A DNA stretch of 64,000 bases, from contig JBKBOE010000001.1 in NCBI GenBank assembly GCA_046294915.1, positions 1,532-65,531 on the forward strand, in the 5' to 3' direction. Position 1 is the first letter of the stretch. Every line of letters begins with the position of its first letter. The DNA comes from Cyclobacteriaceae bacterium (GTDB lineage Bacteria > Bacteroidota > Bacteroidia > Cytophagales > Cyclobacteriaceae). The position numbers and the translations under genes are program-made. The notes beneath the pieces were generated by a model. It worked only from the letters and a program-made list of their open reading frames with translations, was not told the origin of the DNA and made no database searches. This document shows, piece after piece, positions 1 through 9,619 of this stretch.

Positions 1-493
1 CACTGGCGCTGCTGCCATTGGTAATCCAGTTTTTGGTGCCGTTGAGCAAATAGTAATCGCCTTTGTCTTCGGCTGTGGTGCGCTGGCTGGTGGCATCCGA
101 ACCCGCCTCGGGTTCTGACAGGCAGAAGGCGCCTATCACTTCGCCCTTAGCCAGGCGTTTTAAATATTTTTCTTTCTGTTCAGCGGTTCCGAACATTTCA
201 ATACCCCAACACACCAGTGAATTATTCACCGACATACACACCGAAGCAGAAGCATCGATTTTTGAAATTTCTTCCATCGCCAGCACATACGAAATGGTGT
301 CCATTCCCCCACCATTATATTTCGGATCTACCATCATGCCCATAAAACCGAGTTCCCCCATTTTTTTTATCTGCTCGGCAGGAAATTTCTGGTGAGTATC
401 CCGCTCAATTACACCGGGTAGTAATTCGGTTTGTGCAAAATCGCGGGCGGCCTGTTGTACGGCTACGTGTTCTTCGGTTAACTGAAAATTCAT
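1..493 (-). CDS. acyl-CoA dehydrogenase, N-terminal part (gene runs off the left edge)
   Basis: Reverse translation from the ATG at 491-493 gives MNFQLTEEHVAVQQAARDFAQTELLPGVIERD...GAFCLSEPEAGSDA...NGTKNWITNG, the typical ACAD N-terminal and middle domain. It is absent from the ORF track because there is no stop codon in the window. Confidence 0.85.
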   Translation of the reverse strand, partial: MNFQLTEEHVAVQQAARDFAQTELLPGVIERDTHQKFPAEQIKKMGELGFMGMMVDPKYNGGGMDTISYVLAMEEISKIDASASVCMSVNNSLVCWGIEMFGTAEQKEKYLKRLAKGEVIGAFCLSEPEAGSDATSQRTTAEDKGDYYLLNGTKNWITNGSSAS

Positions 494-504
494 AGGTTGT
501 GATT

Positions 505-536
505 AATAAAAAAGCCCGGGGTTACCCCGGGCTTAA
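505..536 (-). terminator. rho-independent terminator downstream of the Zn-peptidase gene
   Basis: On the minus strand, AAGCCCGGGG-TAA-CCCCGGGCTT forms a perfect 10-bp stem and is followed by TTTTTTATTAAT. Confidence 0.6.
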
Positions 537-562
537 AATTAGAGAATTATCCAGATATGCTT

Positions 563-1258
563 TTAGTCGCGCCTTCCCAGGAAAATCATCACCCAATACA
601 TCAGTGAGGCAAGGGCGGCAATGGCAGCAACCACGTAGGTCATAGCGGCCCACTTGAGCGCATCTTTAGCCATTTCGTGTTCGCGTGTAGTTACAATACC
701 ACGGGCTTCAATCCATGCCAGTGCCCGTTTGCTCGCATCAAATTCAACGGGCAGGGTAATCAGGGCAAACAAAGCAAATACCGTGTAACAGCCTATAATA
801 ACCAGCAATGCGGTGTCAAAGGAGAACAAACCTTTTACCGCAAAGGCTCCAAACATCATGGCAAAGAAAATGATATTCATAATGCGCGATGTTATGTTTT
901 GAACCGGAACCATAGCTGAACGTAACTCAAGCATGGAATACGCGGTGGCATGCTGCACGGCATGGCCACATTCGTGTGCTGCCACGGCAGCGGCAGCGGC
1001 ATTGCGGCCATGGTAAACATCATGACTGAGGTTAACGGTTTTGTTAACCGGATTATAGTGATCTGTAAGTTGTCCTTCAACACTGATAACTTTAACATCC
1101 TGGATGCCGTTATCGGCCAGCATGAGCCGGGCAATCTCACCACCAGTAAGGTTCTGGTTGAGCTGAATTTGGGAATACTCGCGGAACTTGCTCTTCAGCC
1201 GCCCGCTCACCAGCATGCCCACCAGCATAAAAACAACACCAATTATTAATAGGCCCAT
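563..1258 (-). CDS. membrane zinc metallopeptidase (YugP-like, Zn_peptidase_2 family)
   Basis: 231 aa with an N-terminal TM segment, the HECGHAVQH zinc motif and C-terminal TM segments. Confidence 0.85.
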   Translation of the reverse strand: MGLLIIGVVFMLVGMLVSGRLKSKFREYSQIQLNQNLTGGEIARLMLADNGIQDVKVISVEGQLTDHYNPVNKTVNLSHDVYHGRNAAAAAVAAHECGHAVQHATAYSMLELRSAMVPVQNITSRIMNIIFFAMMFGAFAVKGLFSFDTALLVIIGCYTVFALFALITLPVEFDASKRALAWIEARGIVTTREHEMAKDALKWAAMTYVVAAIAALASLMYWVMIFLGRRD

Positions 1259-1350
1259 ATTCTTGATTTTAATTTTTAATTCATTACCTGATAAACAACT
1301 TCCAGACCAGTTTAAGTTTCTGCCAATCCGGCAGACTCAAAGATAGTATC

Positions 1351-2364
1351 CTAACCGGAATTGCTTTCTCTGCTCCGGATGATGACATAGGTTGAGAAAA
1401 TGGCAAGGAATCCGGAAACGACCATGATAAGGGTTTGCCAGGCGTGAAACACAAAAGTAAAGGCCACGGCATCGGCTTTTGGAATCTGGTAAAGAAAAGC
1501 TAACCCGGCTGGTACAAGCGTATGGTAGGAGCCCGTGCCACCGGGTAACGGGATGATCATTGCAATTGAACCGATTGCAAAAACCGCCAGGACGGCACCC
1601 CAGCCCAGGTGGCTGGTTTCATCAAATGCCTTAATAACCGTGTAACTCATGGCAAAGTATAGTGCCCAGATAACAAAGGAGTGGAAATAAAATAACGAAG
1701 GATGTTTCAAACGGAAAATGGTACCCAATCCGGATTTGAACCCTTGCCAGAATTGTAAAATTTTTTCTTTAAATGTTGCCTTTCGGAAGACGAGCCACAA
1801 ACTGATAAGCAAAAGGGCCAGTGCAACCACAAAGATTAATACCGTAAGCCACTTGTTGGTTCCTGAAACAGGTAGTGGCGGAAGAGAGTAAATAAAACCG
1901 AGCAGTTTATTTGACTCAACTGCAAAGGCTGCCAGCAAAATCAGCACAAAACAGATCAGGTCAATGGCACGTTCGGTTACTACTGTGCCCAGGGTTTTGT
2001 CGAATGGACAGCGATCAAGTTTGTACAGATTGTAGCAACGGCTTACCTCGCCTCCCCGCGGTACCACCAGGTTTACCAGGTAGCCCATCATCAGGGAAAG
2101 AAAGCTATGGTACAGACTAACCGGATGCCCGGTGGGTTCGATTAACATTCGCCACCTTTCAGCACGAATAACATGACTGATCATGGCCAAGAGAGCCATC
2201 AGCATAAGCCAGCCTTTATCGGCCATGTGCCAGGTTTGAAGTAGGTAGCCCCACTTGCCTTGTTCTTCTGCCGGATGAATTGCCTTCAGGGAATACCATA
2301 CCAGGAACACGGAGACAACCATCAAAACCAAATATTGAAGCAAGGTTTGGAAACGCTGAGTCAC
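1351..2364 (-). CDS. flippase-like / lysylphosphatidylglycerol-synthase TM-region family membrane protein (UPF0104)
   Basis: 337 aa polytopic membrane protein carrying the RAERWRML motif typical of this family. Confidence 0.7.
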   Translation of the reverse strand: MTQRFQTLLQYLVLMVVSVFLVWYSLKAIHPAEEQGKWGYLLQTWHMADKGWLMLMALLAMISHVIRAERWRMLIEPTGHPVSLYHSFLSLMMGYLVNLVVPRGGEVSRCYNLYKLDRCPFDKTLGTVVTERAIDLICFVLILLAAFAVESNKLLGFIYSLPPLPVSGTNKWLTVLIFVVALALLLISLWLVFRKATFKEKILQFWQGFKSGLGTIFRLKHPSLFYFHSFVIWALYFAMSYTVIKAFDETSHLGWGAVLAVFAIGSIAMIIPLPGGTGSYHTLVPAGLAFLYQIPKADAVAFTFVFHAWQTLIMVVSGFLAIFSTYVIIRSRESNSG

Positions 2365-2569
2365 AGTGGGATGAACATGTTAGGCCGGAAAGATAGGATT
2401 TGGCGGCCTAAGCTCCGTACAGGATGAACGGGTAACGGCCACCCTGATTACCCCCAAACTGCCTGAATGATTTGAAATTAGCTGAAAATGTGAGGGTTAG
2501 GCATCAATTTACCATCCGTAATGCCAGGCCGAAATTGCGGGAAAGGTTGAATAAAGGGGGTATTTTATG

Positions 2570-2577
2570 TACCTTTG
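2570..2577 (+). promoter_or_regulatory. putative Bacteroidota -7 promoter box (TACCTTTG)
   Basis: Matches TAnnTTTG, with a TTG about 20 nt upstream. It lies 36 nt before the ATG at 2614. Confidence 0.35.
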
Positions 2578-2613
2578 TGGTTCGTTTTACCGTTCGGTTA
2601 TAAAATTATCCCT

Positions 2614-3417
2614 ATGTCAAAACTTCGTATTCTTTATGTAGCCAGTGAGATTAACCCGTTTCTTCAAACCTCAGAAGTAGCTGACTTTGTGCGGAAGTTG
2701 CCGCAATACATGCAGGAAAAAGGAATGGAGATCCGTATTCTGGTACCCCGTTTCGGAATTATTAATGAACGCAAAAACCGGCTGCATGAAGTGGTGAGGC
2801 TTTCGGGAATTAACATTGCCGTAGGCGATGAAGAGAAGCCGCTCACCATTAAAGTAGCCTCCATTCCTAATGCCAAGTTGCAGGTATACTTCATTGACAA
2901 TGAAGATTACTTCCACCGTAAATCAGTTTTTCACGATAAGGAAAACCGGTTCTACGAGGACAACGATGAGCGTGCCATCTTCTTCTGCAAGGGAGTTATA
3001 GAAACCGTGCGTAAACTGGGCTGGGCCCCCGATGTGGTGCATTGCAATGATTGGATAACCAGTTTTATTCCCCTGTATCTGAAAACCACCTATAAAAACG
3101 ATCCGTTGTTTAAGAACACCAAAACGGTATTTACCATTTATAACAACGACTTTACCTACAAATTCAAAGGTGATATTCTTTCAAAAGTGAAGATGATGGA
3201 TATTGAGGATAAAATGTTGGGTAACCTGAAGACTGCCGATTACGAAGGCTTCATCAAAATGGGCGTTGAATTTTCCGATGCCGTTATTGTGGCAGGTGAA
3301 AATAAAAAGATAAAGGGCCTTTTCTCGAAAATGAAGGAGAAGAAAGTAGAGACCATCAACAAATCAGAAAACTACACCGAATCATACTTCAATCTGTATA
3401 ATGAACTTGTGGGTTAA
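2614..3417 (+). CDS. glycogen/starch synthase-like protein, N-terminal (GT5) domain only
   Basis: MSKLRILYVASEINPF...RILVPRFG...NDW is the starch synthase catalytic N-domain. The protein ends at about 268 aa with no C-terminal GT1 domain. The start was moved from 2575 to the ATG at 2614. Confidence 0.8.
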   Translation: MSKLRILYVASEINPFLQTSEVADFVRKLPQYMQEKGMEIRILVPRFGIINERKNRLHEVVRLSGINIAVGDEEKPLTIKVASIPNAKLQVYFIDNEDYFHRKSVFHDKENRFYEDNDERAIFFCKGVIETVRKLGWAPDVVHCNDWITSFIPLYLKTTYKNDPLFKNTKTVFTIYNNDFTYKFKGDILSKVKMMDIEDKMLGNLKTADYEGFIKMGVEFSDAVIVAGENKKIKGLFSKMKEKKVETINKSENYTESYFNLYNELVG

Positions 3418-4867
3418 ACGAACCGGGCAGCTGCTTTTGGCTGCCCTGTTCTTGTTGGCTTGTGAGGATGAGGCCAGTTTACTGGGATTTCGTAATCCAA
3501 AATCAAAATTTGACGTTCGCTTTATTGAATTTCCGGTAGCGAGCAGCGTGCTCTGGCTGGATTCGGTTCGTTCCAGCAATTTTTACTGGCCTAGTGAAAT
3601 AAACCGGTTGTTGCTGGGAACCTATACCGATGAAAAGCTCGGCACTGTCTCAACAGGGTTTTACACACAATTTTTCCCTACGACTACGGCAAAAATCGCT
3701 TCGAATTCAACGCTGGATTCGGTCATCTTACAACTCAAACTGGATTTTTACACGTATGGCAATATAACCATGAACCCGATCCAGTTCGAGGTTTATGAAC
3801 TGGCCAAGCAAATCTCCCGAAACTCAGCTCCATACTACTTTAACAAAACCTCGGTACCCACCGGCCCTCTTATTGGTTCAGGCTCGCTGATTATTAACCC
3901 GCTGGAATTCAGGAATAAGTTTGACTCTGCTAAAAAGGATACCGTTCTGATACGGATTCCCCTCAGCTCTGCATTTAGTCAGAAAATTTTTAATGCGGCT
4001 TTACGGTATGCCAATGCTACTAACAAGCAGGATTCCCTCCAATGGCTCGATTTCAATACGTTTACAAAAGAATTTAAAGGACTTGCTGTTAAACCGGTAT
4101 CCGGAGATAAAATTGTAGGCATTGACCCGGTTCATTTTGAGTCGAGAATTATCGTGCATTATCAAAATCCTACGCTCGACAGCCTAACCATCAATATTCC
4201 GATTGCCGGTAACTCCATTACAAGTTTTAATGAGATTAAATCCGACCGATCAGGTTCGGAAGCAGACATTAATCAATACTTTACCGATTTTGATCCGGTT
4301 ACCGGGTTGCGTTGCGTACAATCAGGAGTGGGACTGTTTACTAAACTTGATTTTTCGGAGTTCATTGATTTCCTGGAAACAGATACACTTCCGAACATTG
4401 CCATTAACTCGGCTGAACTGGTAATTAGCGATGTAGAATCAACTGAAATATTCCGTTCACCGGGCGAATTGTATGTCAGGTTGCTTGATCCGGATAATCG
4501 GCTCAAGGTCTTTAACCGTCAGAAAACCACACAAGCCCGCGATCGCGACCAGAAAATCATGAATCTGTATAACAACAGCACACGTACCCTCACCCCAGAC
4601 TATACCGTAGTAAATCCCGATAGCGTGCTGACCATCTTTACCGAAACAAGTTCGTACTTTACCCTTGGCTATTCTTCATCATCCAATTCCTATCGTGGTT
4701 TTTTCACCCTTTATGCACAGGAGTTGGCTATTTCAGAAACTGATAAACCGCGATTCAGATACTATATTCTCTACCCGCGTAATGGAGCTAAAACCGTAAA
4801 CCGTGTTTTATTCCATAAAGATAAAATCAAACTCCGGGTGTATTACACCTTGCCTAAAGCCAATTAA
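3401..4867 (+). CDS. DUF4270-like lipoprotein
   Basis: 488 aa with a lipoprotein signal (LLAALFLLAC). Its position between the glycogen-synthase-like gene and glmS is a conserved Bacteroidota arrangement, recalled from memory. Confidence 0.6.
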   Translation: MNLWVKRTGQLLLAALFLLACEDEASLLGFRNPKSKFDVRFIEFPVASSVLWLDSVRSSNFYWPSEINRLLLGTYTDEKLGTVSTGFYTQFFPTTTAKIASNSTLDSVILQLKLDFYTYGNITMNPIQFEVYELAKQISRNSAPYYFNKTSVPTGPLIGSGSLIINPLEFRNKFDSAKKDTVLIRIPLSSAFSQKIFNAALRYANATNKQDSLQWLDFNTFTKEFKGLAVKPVSGDKIVGIDPVHFESRIIVHYQNPTLDSLTINIPIAGNSITSFNEIKSDRSGSEADINQYFTDFDPVTGLRCVQSGVGLFTKLDFSEFIDFLETDTLPNIAINSAELVISDVESTEIFRSPGELYVRLLDPDNRLKVFNRQKTTQARDRDQKIMNLYNNSTRTLTPDYTVVNPDSVLTIFTETSSYFTLGYSSSSNSYRGFFTLYAQELAISETDKPRFRYYILYPRNGAKTVNRVLFHKDKIKLRVYYTLPKAN

Positions 4868-4869
4868 CT

Positions 4870-6705
4870 ATGTGCGGAATTGTTGCCTATATCGGGCACC
4901 GCGATGCCCAGCAAGTAATTATTAAAGGCCTTAAACGGCTTGAATACCGGGGCTACGACAGTGCCGGTATCGCCCTGCTGAACAACGGCCTGAATGTGTA
5001 CAAAAAGAAAGGCAAAGTAAGTGAGTTGGAAGAACACATCAACGGCCAGTCCTTAAGCAGCCACATTGGTATTGGCCACACCCGGTGGGCTACCCATGGC
5101 GAACCGAACGATACCAATGCGCACCCGCACTATTCCGCATCTAAAAAATTGGCCATCATCCACAACGGTATTATCGAAAACTACAGCGCTCTCAAGCAGG
5201 AGCTGATCAACAAAGGTCATCGGTTCGTCAGCGATACGGATACCGAGGTGTTGATCCATTTTATTGAGAGCATTCAGCAAAGCAATAATTACCCATTGGA
5301 TGAAGCTGTCCGGATGGCACTTACACAGGTAATCGGTGCTTATGCCATTGTGGTTATGTCGGCAGAAAACCCGGATATGTTAATTGCGGCCCGCAAGGGA
5401 AGTCCGTTGGTAATCGGCATCGGTAAAGACGAATATTTCATGGCGTCAGATGCTACTCCGATTATTGAATACACCAAAGATGTAGTGTACCTGAACGACC
5501 AGGAGATTGCCGTAATTGATAACGGTGAGTTGCGTATAAAAACCATTGAAGACGCACCGGCTACTCCGTACATCCAACGGCTGGAAATGGAACTCGAAGC
5601 CATTGAGAAAGGCGGGTTTGAGCATTTTATGCTGAAAGAAATTTTTGAACAACCCCGTTCGATAAAAGATTGCCTTCGAGGCCGGCTGGATGTTTCCTCC
5701 GGGCGGTTGGTGCTTGGCGGTATTCGTGAGTATGTGAATAAGATGGTGCATGCCGACCGCATCATTATTGTTGCCTGCGGCACATCGTGGCATGCCGGCC
5801 TGGTGGCTGAATACATGTTTGAAGAATTTTGCCGCATTCCGGTAGAAGTGGAATACGCATCGGAGTTTCGCTACCGTAACCCGATTATACGGGAGGGCGA
5901 TGTGGTTATTGCTATATCGCAATCAGGTGAAACAGCCGATACGCTGGCTGCCATCGAACTGGCAAAGTCAAAAGGAGCCATCATTATCGGAGTATGCAAT
6001 GTAGTGGGGTCGTCTATTGCGCGTGCTTCGCATGCAGGTTCATACACACACGCAGGGCCTGAAATCGGGGTGGCCAGCACCAAAGCCTTTACGGCTCAGT
6101 TAACCGTGCTGAGCATGATCTGCCTGATTGTGGCGCAGAAGAAGGGCACCATTACCGAGCGCAAGTTTCATGAGATGTTGGTAGAACTTGAAAACCTGCC
6201 GGCTAAAGTGGAGGAAGTGTTAAAGCAAAACGATAAGATCAAAGAACTGGCTTACACCTTTAAGGATGTTACCAACTTTTTGTACCTGGGTCGTGGTTGC
6301 AATTTTCCGGTAGCGCTTGAGGGAGCACTGAAACTGAAAGAAATATCCTACATCCATGCCGAAGGATACCCTGCCGCTGAAATGAAACACGGCCCCATTG
6401 CCCTGATTGATGAAGAAATGCCCGTGGTGTTTATCGCTACACATGACAGTTCGTACGAAAAAATAGTTTCGAACGTACAGGAGGTAAAGGCGCGTAAAGG
6501 GCGGGTAATTTCCATAATTACGGAAGGGGATGAACTCATTCCGGGCATGTCGGAATTTGTCATTGAAGTGCCGGCTGTGCAGGAAGCCCTGATGCCGATT
6601 GTTTCGGTTATTCCGCTGCAGTTATTATCCTACCATATTGCCGTGATGCGAGGCTGCAATGTTGACCAGCCTCGAAATCTGGCAAAGTCGGTAACCGTGG
6701 AGTAA
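4870..6705 (+). CDS. glmS: glutamine--fructose-6-phosphate aminotransferase (isomerizing)
   Basis: 611 aa with the MCGIVAY N-terminal nucleophile, two SIS domains and the C-terminal NLAKSVTVE. Confidence 0.97.
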   Translation: MCGIVAYIGHRDAQQVIIKGLKRLEYRGYDSAGIALLNNGLNVYKKKGKVSELEEHINGQSLSSHIGIGHTRWATHGEPNDTNAHPHYSASKKLAIIHNGIIENYSALKQELINKGHRFVSDTDTEVLIHFIESIQQSNNYPLDEAVRMALTQVIGAYAIVVMSAENPDMLIAARKGSPLVIGIGKDEYFMASDATPIIEYTKDVVYLNDQEIAVIDNGELRIKTIEDAPATPYIQRLEMELEAIEKGGFEHFMLKEIFEQPRSIKDCLRGRLDVSSGRLVLGGIREYVNKMVHADRIIIVACGTSWHAGLVAEYMFEEFCRIPVEVEYASEFRYRNPIIREGDVVIAISQSGETADTLAAIELAKSKGAIIIGVCNVVGSSIARASHAGSYTHAGPEIGVASTKAFTAQLTVLSMICLIVAQKKGTITERKFHEMLVELENLPAKVEEVLKQNDKIKELAYTFKDVTNFLYLGRGCNFPVALEGALKLKEISYIHAEGYPAAEMKHGPIALIDEEMPVVFIATHDSSYEKIVSNVQEVKARKGRVISIITEGDELIPGMSEFVIEVPAVQEALMPIVSVIPLQLLSYHIAVMRGCNVDQPRNLAKSVTVE

Positions 6706-6708
6706 CCC

Positions 6709-7371
6709 TCACGTCATCAAAAACTCCTTTTTCAGGAGTGGGCAAATCTTGTAGCGCTCATCGTGGGTGTCTTCATATACCGCTTCCAGCAGTTCGTACA
6801 CATGGTTAACACCAATACGCTGGCACCACTCAAACGGGCCGTAGGGGTAATTGGTACCCAGTTTCATGGCTTTGTCAATGTCTTCGCGGGTGGCTGTTCC
6901 TTCCTGTACGGTGTAGTAGGCTTCGTTGATGATCATGCAGATAATGCGGGGTGTCACCATACCTACCCGGTCGTCAACCACCAGATAGCTGGTGTTTAAT
7001 TGCCGACAAATTGCGTTCAGTTCGGTTTCGTGTGCCGGATTAAGCAGGCATACCTCCAGCACTTCGCGGTTTACAAAAGTGGGCAGTCCGTTAAACCCAA
7101 AGACATACGCCTTTATCTTGTGGTCAGCCAGGTTAGAGAGTTCAGCCAGTGAGATTTTGGCGGTGTTCAGAAAAACGCGTGCCGTTGACTTTTCCTGGTA
7201 GATGTCGATTTGAAAGGGTTCTTCATCAATAATAAAGTCAAACACCAGGTCGCTGCCCGTTACAAATCGTTCGGCTTCGCGGTGGTCACCTTCTAACGTG
7301 TAGTGGTGTTCTCCGAATTTGGCCCGGCATTCGTCAAGGTTTTGGGTGTTGCCAACCACAAGGATGTTCAT
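6709..7371 (-). CDS. 3-hydroxyacyl-CoA dehydrogenase family protein with a degenerate N-terminal domain
   Basis: The C-terminal part matches the HADH C-domain (NEAYYTVQEGTATREDIDKAMKLGTNYPYGPFEW). The N-terminus (ILVVGNTQN) lacks a GxGxxG dinucleotide motif. Confidence 0.7.
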   Translation of the reverse strand: MNILVVGNTQNLDECRAKFGEHHYTLEGDHREAERFVTGSDLVFDFIIDEEPFQIDIYQEKSTARVFLNTAKISLAELSNLADHKIKAYVFGFNGLPTFVNREVLEVCLLNPAHETELNAICRQLNTSYLVVDDRVGMVTPRIICMIINEAYYTVQEGTATREDIDKAMKLGTNYPYGPFEWCQRIGVNHVYELLEAVYEDTHDERYKICPLLKKEFLMT

Positions 7372-7388
7372 AAACTCGATTTTGTTTC

Positions 7389-7396
7389 TAATTTTG
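7389..7396 (+). promoter_or_regulatory. putative -7 promoter box (TAATTTTG)
   Basis: Matches TAnnTTTG and lies 35 nt upstream of the ridA-like ATG at 7432. Confidence 0.4.
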
Positions 7397-7431
7397 AAAC
7401 CTCACGAAAGATAATTGTTAAACAAATAGGT

Positions 7432-7812
7432 ATGTCAATATCGGTTGTTTATTCACCCCATGCGCCCGAACCCATCGGCCCCTACAGCCAGGCGGTACAG
7501 GCTGGAAATATGGTATTCATCAGCGGGCAAATTGCCATTCAAAAACCTTCAGGTAACCTGGTAACCGGTAACATCAGCGATGAAACCGCTCAGGTTATGA
7601 AAAACATCGGGGAGATATTGAAGGCGGCCGGCATGGATTTTTCGCATGTAGTGAAGAGCACCATCTTCTTAAAAGACATGAACCACTTTCCGGTGGTTAA
7701 TGAGGTTTACGGCAAAAACTTTCCGACCCATCCGCCTGCACGCGAAACGGTAGAGGTGAGCCGTCTTCCGAAAGATGTAAACGTGGAGATTTCGTGTATT
7801 GCAGTGAAGTAA
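7432..7812 (+). CDS. ridA: RidA/YjgF family reactive-intermediate deaminase
   Basis: APEPIGPYSQAVQAGNMVFISGQIA...ARETVEVSRLPKDVNVEI. The start was set at an internal ATG because the upstream part of the ORF overlaps the divergent gene. Confidence 0.9.
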   Translation: MSISVVYSPHAPEPIGPYSQAVQAGNMVFISGQIAIQKPSGNLVTGNISDETAQVMKNIGEILKAAGMDFSHVVKSTIFLKDMNHFPVVNEVYGKNFPTHPPARETVEVSRLPKDVNVEISCIAVK

Positions 7813-7884
7813 ACGCAAGTAGCAAGAATTAAGCAGCAAGATTCAACGGTTTATAACTTTTCGCTTACATTTTACAACTTACTC

Positions 7885-9549
<1,665 letters not shown>

Positions 9550-9565
9550 AAGGTTGTAAAGGGTG

Positions 9566-9573
9566 CAAAGGTA
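9566..9573 (-). promoter_or_regulatory. putative -7 promoter box for glnS (TACCTTTG on the minus strand)
   Basis: The reverse complement of caaaggta matches TAnnTTTG. It lies 16 nt upstream of the glnS ATG. Confidence 0.4.
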
Positions 9574-9607
9574 TAATGGATTTTACTTACAAATCTAATT
9601 CAACGGT

Positions 9608-9615
9608 TAACTTTG
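9608..9615 (+). promoter_or_regulatory. putative -7 promoter box for gltX (TAACTTTG)
   Basis: Matches TAnnTTTG, with only 4 nt between the box and the gltX ATG at 9620. Confidence 0.4.
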
Positions 9616-9619
9616 GGGC

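Noticed and set aside
63-395. 110-aa plus-strand ORF at the left edge.
   Set aside because: It is antisense to a clear acyl-CoA dehydrogenase reading frame, and its product is low-complexity and non-homologous.
4868-4869. Possibility of a glmS ribozyme upstream of glmS.
   Set aside because: Only 2 nt separate glmS from the preceding gene, so there is no room for a ribozyme.
5340-5922. Two overlapping minus-strand ORFs of 158-165 aa.
   Set aside because: Both are antisense to glmS.
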